Made by a program: the position numbers and the translations under genes. 64,000 nucleotides of DNA from NCBI GenBank assembly GCA_010093815.1, contig ML996568.1, one strand, 5' to 3'. Positions 1-14,046 of this stretch are shown piece by piece (positions within the stretch are counted from its first letter, which is position 1; each line of letters starts with the position of its first letter). The notes beneath the pieces are model-generated. The model ran no database searches. It saw nothing but the letters and a program-made list of their open reading frames with translations, and had not been told where the DNA came from. This DNA comes from Pseudovirgaria hyperparasitica. Taxonomy: Eukaryota.

Positions 1-266
1 AAATAATACTAGCTATAAAGATATATATAATAGTCTAGTATATTATAATATTCTAAATACGTCTATTATAGAACCAAAGTCTTATAAAGAGGTATTATTA
101 CACCCTAATAAGAACCTCTACTTAGAAGCTATGAAAGTAGAGGTAGATACTCTTATTAAAAATAATACCTAGGATTTAGTCTTTAATAATAAAGAAATAA
201 AGCCTATTAAAGGTCGATAGGTATTAAAGACTAAACTAAAACTAGACGGTTCTATAGATAAATATA
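1..266 (+). mobile_element. Ty1/Copia reverse transcriptase fragment (RIP-inactivated), 5' part
   Basis: From 71 it translates EPKSYKEVLLHPNKNLYLEAMKVEVDTLIKNNT*DLV...KPIKGR*VLKTKLKLDGSIDKY, the N-terminal Copia RT (RVT_2) signature with W->stop changes. Confidence 0.9.
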
Positions 267-3200
267 GGAAACTTCTTTTACATCCCCAAGAGGCCAACTT
301 GGTCCATTCGGGGTAATATAGCGAGATACACGCCTTAATCGATAGAGTATACCGAGTATACCAACTACTACTATACGCACGTACGTGTAGCGTCGAAACC
401 AAGACGTTATCGCCGTGTAAAGATATATATATACCCTCTTAAAATCCTTATAGAGATAGAGGCACGGACTATACTACTAGAATACTAATACGCTAACCCC
501 CTTTTATTAGTTAAGGGTAGCCCTTAACTAATAAATATAGCGGCCTTAGGTACCGATATACCCCGGTATATACCGGATATACCTCTACCGGTATAATAGA
601 AAAGGCCATATAGCGACATTACTAAGGGTAGCTATATACCTATCTAAAACGTAGAACATATCTAAAGGCGCACGCTACTATAGATAGACGGAATAAAGGG
701 GACCCTAAGAGAGGAAACCCTTCTAGATTATATTAACTACTAGGTAGTATATATAGAGAAGGAAGCCGAAGAGGGCTAGAAGACCCTCCTATATATATTC
801 TAGGACCTTATCCGGAATCTAAAGGGAATTATAGAGGAGGAGAAGAAGATATAACTAGGAGGACCGGAGGATAGACTTAACCGAATAGAGGCTAGCCTAC
901 GTAGAATCTAGGAGGAACTTACTTAAGGTAAGCGCCCTAGTATATAGATATAAATAGTAGTAATACTAGAGGCTATACTACGGGCCCCCCGGACCGGCGA
1001 CGTGGTATATAGTATATACGTCGTAATCTAGGATAAGAACACCCTAGTATAGGTCTAGTAAGTATCTCTAAAGAATATAGTAAGTAAGATTAACGAATAA
1101 AAGGGAATATAGTTAAATATTATTACCGCTAAACTCACGCTAGAAGGAGTAGTACTTACTATAATAACGAATATCGCGTAGTAGACTATCTCGCGCGATC
1201 TAAACGCGATTAGTAGTATCTTTCTAGGCGCCTCTATTAGGGCGGCTATATACCCGATATAGGTATACTCTATACCTATAAGCGGATAGATTATTAAAGA
1301 AGAGGATATTACGCGGATAGAATAGTTAAACGAGCGAAAATACCTAGGGATTAAGATTATAAGAGTATAGTAGAAGAATATATAAGGGATTAAAACTAGA
1401 TTAAAGGTATACTCTACTATAATAGTAGAGCTTAAGGACCCCGCCCTCGCGTATTAAATTATATAAGAGGGATTTCTAGCGGAAGGGGAGCTTCTTATAG
1501 CGGAACCATAGGATAGAGTATAGGCGATAATATAGTACTTTAACTATTAGGGATACGGGTATACGGTATAGCGGTACTTCTAAAAGACTAGATATAGATA
1601 GTATTAATAAGAATATAGTACCTAGAAGTACCTCTACGGGATATAAGGAGAGGGCTAGAGGGATAGGGATATAGCAAAGTACTCTAACTATAACGGTAAG
1701 TACTCGTCGTAGTCGACTACGTGCGCGAAACGTAAATAGGTTACTAAATATATCTACTTAATCCGGATAAAGGGAGTAAGGTAGCTATAAATAATGCGAC
1801 CTACTACCGTTCCTCTCTTTACTATAATACTACTACTATAGACTACCTCCTTACGAGGAAGCGGTTAGAAATAGTAAACTATCCCGAGAAAGCTAATAAT
1901 AGAACGGCCCTAAGGAATTACTAAGGCCGCCGCTATACGAGGATAGTCGCGTCTTAGAGGAATAAATATATAGGCCTATATATTCCCTAGCACCTAATAA
2001 GAGACTAAGATATACTTCTAATTATATAGGTAAACGTATAGTATAAACGTAAGAACTAGGCGATACTCCTTAAGGAGACCGGAGCTATAATACTCGCTAT
2101 ATAGGAGCTATATAAATACTACTAGATAAATAAACTAATAATACACCTAGAATATTATATAATATACCCCCTAGGACCGGAGAGGAGAGTCCTCTTCTAT
2201 GTCCATAAGTCTATCCTACTCTTATTATAGTTATATACTAAATGGGATAACCTCCGGATAATACTACACCTCTAGACGAATATTAGACCTCTCTATATAT
2301 ATAATATATATAATTAGAACTAATCGCTTTAGGTAGATAATATACTTAAGGGCACTACCGAGCTAGAATAACATATCCTTCTAGGAGACTTTAACCTCTA
2401 TTATAGCTAGTAGGGTAGACTAACCGTTACCTACGAAGAGCTTCGAGCTAGAGAACTACGCACCTAATACTACTACTTTCTATACCTTCTTATACTAGTA
2501 GAATAGATTACCTAGCGAAAATATAAATAAGATAAGGGCGGATCCATACTCGACCTTACCCTAGCTACTAGACACCTTTATAATAGGACTTAATACTACC
2601 GCCTAAGCCTTATATAGATAGACTCTAACCACGAATATATAGAGACCTTAATAGACGTATCTACCCCTTAAGACTAATAAGGGCGATAGCTATAGAAGGA
2701 TACTAACTAGAAAAAGTACCTAAAGGACCTAGAATCGACGATTCTAGACCCGCCTATAGTCGACGTATCTAATGGCCCGGCCATTAACTAGGCCATGAAT
2801 ATACTCCTATAGGCGTACTAGGGAGTAAGAGATAAACACGTGCCGTACCGAATATATAGACCCCTAGACCCGAAAAGTATACCTTAAGTACGAGAGTATA
2901 GGTAAGAAGTCTAGAGATTATATAGACGCGTATACTATAACCGTACACCTAAAGCATAGGATAAATAGAGAGAGGTAAGAAGATAACGAGATAAAGTCCT
3001 CCGTAACGAGCGACGTAAATAGTAGTATATAGTTACGGATAGATACACACGTAACACTACTAGACTATGGTATATAGTAAAATAGGCCAAAAGTACCGCC
3101 TCCCCGACACCTACACTACTTATACCTCCCCTTATATATTAAGAAAAGACGTACTCTACGAGCCTCGAGAAAATAGGGATCCTATAAGAGGTTATATTCC

Positions 3201-5559
3201 CTCTTCTAGAACCCGTAGACCTATTAGATATTAACGGTACGGAATACCTAGAAGCTATAAGTATCCCTAGGGAAATCACGGACGACGATATACTCGGTAC
3301 TATTAAGATACTCCCGAATAATAAAGCGCCCGGGCTAGATAGAATTCCGAATCAATACCTTAAGAGGACTATATAGGCGACCTTACCGATTATAGGCTAT
3401 ATATTCCGAGCGTGCGCCCGTATAGGATACTACCTATAGAGCTTCTAAACTATATATATGGTTATACTCCTAAAACTAGGGAAGAGTCTAAACACGCTAA
3501 AGGGATAGAGGCCGATCGCCCTCCTCTTCTATCTAGATAAGGTACTAGAAGCTATAATTACTAAGAAGATAAGTATAGTAGTATAGGTATACGGCCTTCT
3601 CCTAGTAAACCAGAAGGCGAAGGTAGAAAGCTCCCTAATCATAGCTATTTAACATATCCTTAAGGTTATCTAGACTATATAGAAATAAGGACGAGTCGTC
3701 ACGCTACTCTCCCTAGACATAGTAGGGGCGTTTAATAAGGTAAACTATATAAGACTTATCTATAACCTCCGGATGAGGCGAATACCTAAGTAGATTATAC
3801 GATTTATATAGTCCTTCCTCGCGTAAAGGACTACTTAAATATATATTCCCGGATACTAAAGCGAATATAAGGAGACGGTATACAGCATCCCGTAAGGGAG
3901 TACTATCTCCCCAATCCTCTTCCTCTTCTTTATAGTAGACCTCCTTTAGAGAATAGAATATATAGAGGTAGTCGGATATACGGACGATATATACCTCCTC
4001 GCGGTCGATAGTAGTACTAGTAGAATATATATACGACTCGAACGAGACCACGAGAAATACGTCTAGTAGGTAAAGCGCTATAGAGTAAAATTCGCACCTA
4101 AAAAATACTAGCTTATATACTTTATTAACCGCTATAGAGGATAGGCTACTAGGAAGGGGGTATGTCGCCCCTAAATCGACGCCTTTATAGAACTACTAGT
4201 ATAGAGTATACGTATACTTAGCGTCATGATTAATAATAAGCTAAAATAGGGACCATAGGTAGTACACGCCGTCTCTAGAGCCCTCTAGATAGAAACTACT
4301 ATATACCGGATTATAGTATCCACGTAGGGAGTAGCCCGGGATAAGGCGAGATAGCTATACGTCTCCCTAGTACGCCTAGCCTTTATATATAGACACGAGT
4401 ACTAGTATACGGCCCTTATATAAGCTCGGCGGGTAAAGCTTAAGTCTATATAAAACTATATACTCCGCCTTATCTCCGGTATATATAAAGCTACTAATAT
4501 AACGCTCCTCCGACGCGAGATAAACGTAATAAGTATATAGGACTTCTACTAGATATAGAGACTTATATACTTTACTAAATAATAAGTATAAGAACGTAGA
4601 GAAGATAGGGTATATACCTTCGCCGTACTACGTACATGTATCCACGCGTATTACTAGGCCCTCTCTACTATAGAATAAACTTAAGTATAATATAAATACT
4701 ATATAGAGGCGGACTCGAGCTAGACTATATAGGAGGTTCAAAATAACCCGGATACTATCCTAAGCTAATAGAGCCCTAAGGAGCTTAGCCGCGTTATACG
4801 GTCGTAGATCTAGAATAAATAGAGGGAGGTACTTAAAGCCTAGTAGGCCTCCTAATAGAATAGGTATCTAGAATAGATCCGAGGGCCTTAGAAGGAACTA
4901 AGTAAATAGATATATAAAGGGCTAATAAAGGCCTAAGCATCTATACTCCTCTAAGCCCGAATAGGCGCTATAGATCTTCTATATTACCTCTACTAGAGAG
5001 GCGTCCTAGATATATCTCTCTAGTATGAGGACTACGGCCGGAGAGGTATAATATACTACTACCTCGCGACGTGCTCTAGCCTCTATACCCTAAGACAAGC
5101 CCTCATCCGTATAACGAGGACCTCTAATATTACGTAATAGCTTAATAAGTACCCTAAGAACGTCGCCCGATAGATGCTCGTATACCTTCCTCTCCCCTAG
5201 TTCTAGTAGACCCGCGTATATATACTAGAAGAAGCCCGATATATGCCGGAAGAACCCCGGTATACGTTAGAAGAACCCCGGGAGAACCGCGATTATTAGT
5301 TAAGGGTAGCCCTTAACTAATAATCTCCGTACCTATACGTGCTACCTAAGGGTAAACTATTATAATATAGGCTATAGGCCTATAGATAGCCTCTAGGGCT
5401 ATATATATATAAAGAACGAGAGGATAGATAGAGCGTAGTCATAGATATAAGGGAGTTTTTCCTATTCGTAGGTTTCTTCTTATATAGTAGCTTAGACTAG
5501 AGAAGGTATGCGCCTATAGAGTGGTACTCTACCTAGTTTACTAATATTATTATTATTAT
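267..5559 (+). mobile_element. Full-length Tad1-like non-LTR retrotransposon (LINE copy A), RIP-inactivated
   Basis: ORF1 relic with zinc knuckles (~1535-1730). ORF2 relic with endonuclease LGDFNL (~2381), RT motifs KAPGLD (~3323), RPIALL (~3508), P*GSTISP (~3889) and GYTDD (~3974). (TTA)n tail at ~5545-5560. 14-bp TSD TATAGATAAATATA at 253-266 and 5560-5573. Confidence 0.93.
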
Positions 5560-5623
5560 TATAGATAAATATAAAGCTAGATAGATAGCTAAAGGGTTTC
5601 TTTAAAAATATAATATTAATTAT
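5560..5623 (+). mobile_element. Continuation of the Copia RT, left between two LINE insertions
   Basis: Translates DKYKAR*IAKGFL*KYNINY, matching the Copia KYKARxVAKGFxQxYGxDY motif. It starts with the duplicated TATAGATAAATATA also at 253-266. Confidence 0.88.
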
Positions 5624-8600
5624 AATAATAATAATAATATTATATAACTAGGTAGAGTAGTACTCTATAGGCCTATGCCTCCTCTAGTCTAAGCTACTAT
5701 ATAAGAAGAAACCCCATAGGGAAAAACTTCCTTATATCTATAACTATATCTCGTGGAACCTCTATTTCGTCTTAAGTATATAGCTATAGAGTACGCCTAT
5801 TAGCCTATAGCCTATATTACCGTTATTTTACCCTTAGGTAGCACGTATAGGTACGGAGGTTATTAGTTAAGGGCTACCCTCGACTAATAATCGGGGTTTA
5901 CCTAGGGTTCTTCCGGTATATATCGGGTTACTACTAGCGTATACTAGGTCTCTTCTAGTATATATTTCTAGGTCTACTAGTACTAGAGGAGTAGTAGATA
6001 TATAAGTATCTATTAGAAGATATCCTTAGGGTACTTATTAAGCTATCGTACGATATCTAAAGTCTTCGTAACGTAGATAAGCTATTACCGTTATATATAG
6101 AGGTTAGAGTATATAGCTAGATAGTAGCGTATTATACCTCTCCGGCCATACGCCTTATACCATAGAGAGGTATCAGAAACGCCTCTCTTATAGATATAGT
6201 ATAGAAGTTCTATGGCGCCCGTTTAGGCTTAGATAAGTATAGATACTTAGGCTTTCGTTAGCCCTTTATATATCTATTTACTTAGTTCCTTCTATAGCCC
6301 TCGAATCTACTCTAGATACCTATTCTACTAGAAGGTCTATTAGGTATAGAGTGCCTCTTTCTACTTATCTTAAGTCTATAACTATATATTTTTCACGAGT
6401 TCTTAAAGGCTCTACTAGTCTAGAAGAGCGTCTAGATTATCTCGGACTTCTTATACTACTTAGCTAGAGTCGGCTTCTATTAAGTACCTATACCGTATTT
6501 AATTCTAGCCTATATATAGAAGTGCGTAGTAATATATACTAATTCGTACACGTAGCGCGGTAAAAGTATATTCTACGTTTTCTATACGTTCCTATACTTA
6601 TTATTTAGTAAAGTATACTACCCTCCGTATCTAGTAGAAGTTATATATACTTATAACGTCTATCTCGCGTCGTAGTAGTACCGTGTTAGTAGCTTTATAT
6701 ACGCCTAATATAAGACGGAGTATACGGTTCTATATAGATTCGAGCTTTATTTACCTAGTCTATATAAGGGCCGTATACTAGCACTCGTGTCCGTACATAA
6801 AGGCGGGTCGTGCTATAGATATATATAGCTAGCGTACCTTATCCCGGGCGGTTCCCTACATAGAGACTATAATCTATTATATAGCGGCTTCTATCTAGAG
6901 GGCCCTAGAGACGGCGTATACCACTTATAGTCCCTATTTAAGCTTACTATCTAGTATGACTCCGAGCGCGCGTATACTTTATACTAGTAGTTTATTAAAT
7001 ACGTCGATTCGGGGGCGTCGTTTACCTTCTCTAGTTACCTATTTCCCTTAACGATTAATAAAGTACATGAGCTAGTATTTCTCCGGGGCGAACTTTACTC
7101 CGTAGCGTTTTATCTACTAGAGGCACCCCTTATAGTCCTATTCTAGTCGTCTATATGTTCGGTTAGTATTATTATTAATAGCTAGAATATATATATTATT
7201 AGCGTATCCGACTACCTCTATATACTTTATTTCTTAAAGAAGGTCTACTATAAAGAAGAGGAATAGAATCGGAGAGATAGTGCTCCCTTATAGGATACTA
7301 TATACTATCTCTTTATATTCGCTCTAGTACCTAGAGATATATATCTAAGTTATTCTTCCTATAAGGAATAACTATATAAAGCGTATAATCCATTCTAGTA
7401 TTCGTCTTATCTAGAGGTTATAAATAAGTCTTATATGGTTTACCTTATTAAACGCTCCGGCTATATCGAGAGAGAGGAGCGATACTACCCGTCCCTATTT
7501 CTATACGGCCTAGATAACTTTAATAATATATTAGATAGCTATTATTAGAGAGCTATCTATCTTTACCTTCTAGTTCGGAGGGAGGAGATTATATTCCTAT
7601 ACTATGGTACTTATCTTCTTTACTATCGTAGCCTCTAGTATCTTATCTAGGTAGAAGAGAAGGGCGATTAGTCTCTATCCCTTTAGGGAGTTAGGGCTCT
7701 TTCCTAGTTTTAGAAGTATAATAGTATAGGCGACTTAGAAGCTCTAGGGGTGGTACCCCTACGTGACGTATACTTAGAATATATAAGTAATAAGTAGTAG
7801 GGTTACTTTTATAGTACTTTTTAGGCATCGATTTAGAATTCCATCTAGTCTAGGTACTTTATTATTTAGAAGTATCTTAATAATATTAAGTATATCCTCC
7901 TCTGTAACTTCTTCGGGGATATCTACCGCGTATAGATATTCGGCGCCGTGAACGTCTAATAGGTCTACTAGTTCCGGGAGAGGGAACATGGCCTCCCGTA
8001 GAGCCTTAGTTTTCTTAAGGCTCGTAGAGTATATTCTCCCCTAATATATTAGGGGAGGTATAAGTGGCGGGGGTGTCGGAGTATCTACGCCCTTAGCCTA
8101 TTTTACTATACGCCATAGCTCTATTACGTATTATATCTATTAACTAGTAATTATACGCTACTATTTACGCCTTTTATTATAGAGGACTTTATTACGTTAT
8201 TATATCGCTTTCTTCTATTCTTTCTACGACTCGGGTATTCTTATATAGTATACGCGTGTATATAGCCTTCGGGCGTCTTATCTACTTTTCTATACTTAAG
8301 GAATTCTCTTTACTTCCGGGGGCTAGTATATTTAGTATAGTACGTGTTTATTTCTTATATTCTAGTATATTTATAGGAGTATCTATACGGCCTAGTCTAT
8401 GGCTAGGTCGTTAGATATATTAACTATAGAGGGATCTAGGATTACCGATTCTAGGTCCTTTAGGTACTTTTCCTAGTCGGTGTCCTTCTATATCTATTAT
8501 CCCCGTTATTTATTCGGGGTATATACGTTTATTACGGTTTCTATATATTTATAGTTAGAATCCGTCTATACCTAGCCTAGGCGGTAGTATTAGATCTAGT

Positions 8601-10091
8601 AACTAATATACTCCGTAGTAAAGGTAAGGTTAAGCGTGGACCCGTCTTTGTCCTATTTATGTTTTTTCTATATAACTTATTCTATAGGTATAAGTAGGTA
8701 TAGAAAGTCGTGGTAGCGGGTACGTAGTTCCCTTACTCTAAGTTCTTCTCTAACTATAGCTAGGCCTCCCTACTATTAGTAGTAGAGGTTAAAGTCTTCT
8801 AGGAGGATATGTTACCCTAGTTCCGTAGTACCCTCGAGCATCTCGTCTAGTATAAGTATATGTTATTAGTTATATATATTATATATATATAGGGGGCCTA
8901 TATCTATTTATAGGTATAGTATTATTCTAAGGTTATCGCGCTTAGTATACGACTATAATAAGAGTAGTATTAACCTATAAATATAGAAGAGGACTCGTCT
9001 TCCTAGTCCTAGAGGGTATATAGTATAGTATCCGGGGTATATAGTTGGTTTACTCGTCTAGTAGTATTTATAGGGTTCCTAGATAGTAAGTATTATAGCC
9101 CCGGTCTCTTCGAGGAGCGTCGCCTAGTTCTCTCTTTTATATTATATATTTACCTATATAATTCAGAGTATATTCTAGTCCCTTATTAGATACTAGGGAG
9201 TATATATATCTATATACTTATTCCTTAGAGGCGCGACTATCCTTACGCGGTAGCGGCTTTAACTATGCCTTTTAGTCGTCCTATCGTCTTCGGGATAGTC
9301 TACTATTCTACCTAATTATCTTCCGGAGGGGAGGTTAGGGGTATTATAAAGGAAGGGCCCGTAGTAGGTGTTATATTCTATAACTATCTTGCGTCTCTCG
9401 CTTTTATCATATAAATATATTCTATAACCTATTTATATTTTATACACGTTAACGACTACGACGGGTATTTCCTATCGTAGTTTAAATACTATACTATATC
9501 TCTATTTCTTAGTCTATCTCCTCGTGGTTCATAAGGGCACTCCTAGATAGCGTGGTCTCTACGGTACTATCCGCACTTAGTCTTCTATAAGTACCTTTAT
9601 ATAGTATGTCCATACCCTTAATAGTTAAAGTACTATATTATTATCTATACCCTATTCTATGGCTCGGCTATAAGGAGCTCTCCTTCTACTAGGAATCCCT
9701 TCTATATAATATATTATATAAGGGCGGGGTCTCGGAGCTCTATAATTATAGTAGAGTATTTTTTCGCCGTCGTCTTAATCGCCTATAGATTCTTCTACTA
9801 TACTTTTACGATCTTAATCCCTAGGTATTTTCGCGCGTTAGATTATTCTATATATATAATATCCCCTACTCCGATAGCCTATCCCCGTACGGGTACTACG
9901 TGTACTATAATCTAGTATATAGCTACTCTAATAGACGCGCCGGGGAAGATACTATCTATCGCGTTCGGATCTTACGAGATGTTTTACTACGTAGTATTCG
10001 TTATGGTAGTAAGTACTACCCTACCTAGCGTAACTTTAGTAGCCACGACGCTCGACCACATTCCTTTCTATTTATTAATCTTATTTATAAT
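5624..10091 (-). mobile_element. Tad1-like LINE copy B (second subfamily), 5' end lost, RIP-inactivated
   Basis: Reverse-complement homolog of copy A with an (AAT)n tail at ~5624-5640. Nearly colinear with copy C (20520 onward). Ends inside ORF1 where an LTR begins at 10092. Confidence 0.92.
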
Positions 10092-10583
10092 TGTAAACTT
10101 AACCTCTACTATATCTAATAAGTTTATATAAGGTATTTCCTTATTAGGAATAGCTTAATATTAGTAATCGATATTACTAATATTATCTNNNNNNNNNNNN
10201 NNNNNNNNNNNNNNNNNNNNNNNNNNNNNNNNNNNNNNNNNNNNNNNNNNNNNNNNNNNNNNNNNNNNNNNNNNNNNNNNNNNNNNNNNNNNNNNNNNNN
10301 NNNNNNNNNNNNNNNNNNNNNNNNNNNNNNNNNNNNNNNNNNNNNNNNCTAGAATGTATAAGGAGGAATATATAAGGAACGGTCTCTCTATGTATTTAGT
10401 TCTCTCTCTATCTAGTCTTTACTTTAAGAATTATACTATATTCTTATTATCTTTAAGCTATACTCCGCCGATCCGTTTATTATATAATAGTCTATTACGG
10501 CTAGATTCTATTATATAACTCTATTTAGATATATATTCCTTATATAAGGAATATTATATATCTATTTATACCTGCCCTTTTTA
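10092..10583. mobile_element. LTR of a family distinct from the adjacent Gypsy, spanning an N gap
   Basis: Both sides of the gap (10092-10188 and 10349-10583) are reverse complements of the two ends of the element at 35052-35623. Termini are TG...CA-type (TGTAAAC / CCCTTTTTA after RIP). Confidence 0.8.
10189..10348. other. Assembly gap (N run)
   Basis: Run of N. Confidence 1.
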
Positions 10584-13500
10584 TAACCTTTACTATATAG
10601 CCTAATCTATAGAGATACCTTCTCTATTCCTTAAGGTATTTAATAATAGTATAGAGTTCTTTTTTATAGATTAGCTAGTTTATTTCTAACCCTTAGAATT
10701 TTTAGGAGTAAAATACTATAGAGTATCTTTTCCCTTATTTATCTATCTAGGTTAACTACCCTCTAATAGTAAATTCTAATATATCTATCTTAACTTCGTA
10801 GAGTTTTTCTATTTAGTATATCTTTAATACGGGTTTAGTTATAATAGACTCTTTTAACTATTAAAATACTTATTCTTACTTTAGTTTCTATTTAAATATT
10901 ATATTTTTCTTTATAAGCTTATATAGTAGGGCCGTTTTTATAGAATAGTTATATATAAATTTTCTATAAAAGTTCGTGAATCTAGTAAATCCTTAGATTT
11001 CCTTAACTATCTTAGGTTACTTCTAGTTTTTAATAGCCTTAATTTTCTTTAGGTCTATTTATATTTCTCTAGATATAATCTTAAATTCTAAAAATATAAC
11101 TTTCTATATATAGAAGATACTCTTCTTTAACTCTACTAGTAGATTTACTATCTATAATTTCTAAAGTACCTTATATACGTGTTCTCTATACTCCGATAGA
11201 TTTCTTAAATAAATTAATATATTATCTAGGTAGACTATTATAAAGTAGTCGAGGTATTCTCTTAGTATATTATTAATTAGTACTTAGAATATAGCTAGTA
11301 TATTAGTTAGTCTAAATAGTATTACTAGATATTTATAGTAGCCGTATTAAGTCTAAAAAGCTATTTTCTATTTATCTCCTTCTACTATATATACGAGGTT
11401 ATAGACTTCTTATAAGTCTATTATAGTAAAGTACTAAGCTTCCACGAGTTAGTTCTATAATTTATTAATTTAGAGTAAAGGATATCTATTTTTAATAGTA
11501 ATATTATTTAAGTATTAATAGTCTATATAGGGTCGTTCGCTCCTATCCTTTTTTAGTATAAAGAGTATTAGATATTCTATAGGTGATTTAGAGAGTTAGA
11601 TATATCTCTTTACTTCTATTTTCTTAATATATTATCGCGTTATCTCTAGTTATTTTTTAGTAAGTTAGTATATACTTTTAAATATAGGTACTATTCTAGA
11701 TTAGAGTATTATTATATAATTATATAGGCTATACTTTAGTAATTCTATCTTAAGTTCTTCTTTAAAGATAATATAGTATTAGTAGTATTCCTTTAGTACG
11801 AGTGCGTTATTTATTTTTTAAATCTATTTATCTATAGACGTGCCTTATTATACTATATATTTCTTACGTAAGGGTCTACTCTTTATATTACCTTACTTAT
11901 TATTAAGCTTCTAAATATAGTAGATAGACTTTCTAGTTATTAGCGCCTTTATAGATTTATTAATCTCTACTTCTTCTTTAATAGTTTCTAAGGGTCTTAA
12001 TATTCTCTAGGGTATAATTTCCTTAGTTTTCTAGTTAATTATAGGGTTAACTTCTTTAAGCTATAGTATTCCTAGAATTAAGTTATATTATCCTAGTTCC
12101 GCTATATCTAGTTATAATTATTAGTATTCTACTATTAAGACTAAATCTAGAGGTTCTATTTCTAAGTATACTATCCCGTTAGTATATTCTATATTAAGTT
12201 CTTTAAACGTGGATAGCTTATATAGTTCTTCTTTACTATTATAGGGTATTTTTAGTTTATCTACTATAGTTAGAGAGATAAAATTAGACTATACTCTACT
12301 ATTAATTAGTACCTTAATAGAGTATTTTTAATAGAGCTAAATTTTAAGAGATATTTGTATTTCGTCGTCTAAGCTACTAATAGATATAAGAGATTTTTTT
12401 TAGCTTAGCTATTTCTCTTAGTATATCTAGCCTTCCTAGTTTTTTCGTAGCTTACTAAGTTCTTATTCTGTTTCTTATATAAGTTAGATTATAGATTAAA
12501 CTTATTTCTTAATTTCGCCTAAGTCTACTTAAAGATTATACTATATAATAGCCTTAGATATTAAATAAGTTTAGCACGTAACGTCTAGACATTAGATATA
12601 TTAGTTCTCCGGGTAAATTTTATTTTCTATCTATTTTAATATAAAGTAGTTTTTATTAGCTTCCTTAGTAATTATTTTATACTATTATATATCTTCGTCT
12701 CTAAAGGCTTTTAGAATTACTTAGTTTTAATACTATTATAGAAACTATTTCTAGGTTCGCTTCTTATAGAGATAGCGAAGATAATTATTATAGATATAAG
12801 TAATCTAGAAAGTCTTACCGTGTTCCTTATGATAGGGTGAAATAAGTTAGTTATCTTCTAATTAGATTTCCGCGCCTCTTCTAGATAGATCTCTATTATT
12901 CTTATCTATATACTTTCTATAGTAATAGATAATATAGTAAGTAATAGGGTCTTATATTATTATTAACTTATTATATAGTTCCTCTATAGTAAGGGTTTCT
13001 TCCTTACTATTCTCTTCTATAGTACTTTCTTTAATTATTACTTCTTTAGATACTATTTCTTTAGTTAGTTTAGATCTTCTTATTACTTCTAAGTATTTCT
13101 ATAGTTCTACTTTTTTATAAAGCGATAGGGGTTATTTACTAGCTATTAAGGCGTTTCTTTTCTTTAGATACTAATCTATACTATCTTTCTCTAACTTATA
13201 TATAAAATAGAGGTTATTAGTATAACTAGTCTATAATATAGCTACGTAAGGTACTTCTTCCTTTTCTATAGTAAAGTTCCCTTATCTTAGTACCGGGTCT
13301 TTAATCTAATTTTTCTTATTCTTATTTTTCGGGTATTTACGTGCGTAGTATCCCTTTTCCTTATAGTAGAGATACTTATCTTTCTTCTTTAGTTACTTCT
13401 TTTCTTTATTAGATAGATATTTTATCTATAAGGCGCTAAGTTCTATAGATACGGGTCCGTTATAGAATCTCTTATATAAGTAGTTTAGGGCTTTATTAAT

Positions 13501-14046
13501 ATAGCTCTTTCTTATATCTTATTTAAGTATAGATTAAAAGACCTTCTTCCCTCTTTTCTCGTAGCGTCTCTTATATAGTTAGTTATTAATCTAGACTATA
13601 AGCTTAATATACTTCTAGAGGTTAGTAGAATAGTCTCTCTCTCTAGAAATTTTATCCTTAATATTATTATATAATCTAGTATAGAACTAGAGGATTAGGG
13701 GTTTATCGTTCTATCCTAGCTAACTAGAGATTTATTAGAATTTAGAGGCGTAGTTAGATATAGATTTTATCTAGACTATCTACTAGATTTATCTCTCGGC
13801 TATCCTTTATTTATCTATATCTCTAAAGGTTATTTTAATATATTCCTTAAATTCTTTAAAACGTTTAAAGATCTTAGTAGTATTATTCTATTAATTCTAC
13901 GGATTATTTTCTATAAAGTCCCTTAAGTAAGACTCGAACCACGTAAGTACGTCTCCCTTTAGTAGTCTAGTAGTAAATATAACTTATTCTTCTAGGTTCT
14001 AAATTTAATAGGCCTAAAGATATATTCTAATCTATATTAGAAATCC

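Noticed and set aside
5291..5420. Hammerhead ribozyme built on a de-RIPed CTGATGA
   Set aside because: No stem II followed by GAAA and no stem III could be found, and the CTGATGA is sequestered in the palindrome.
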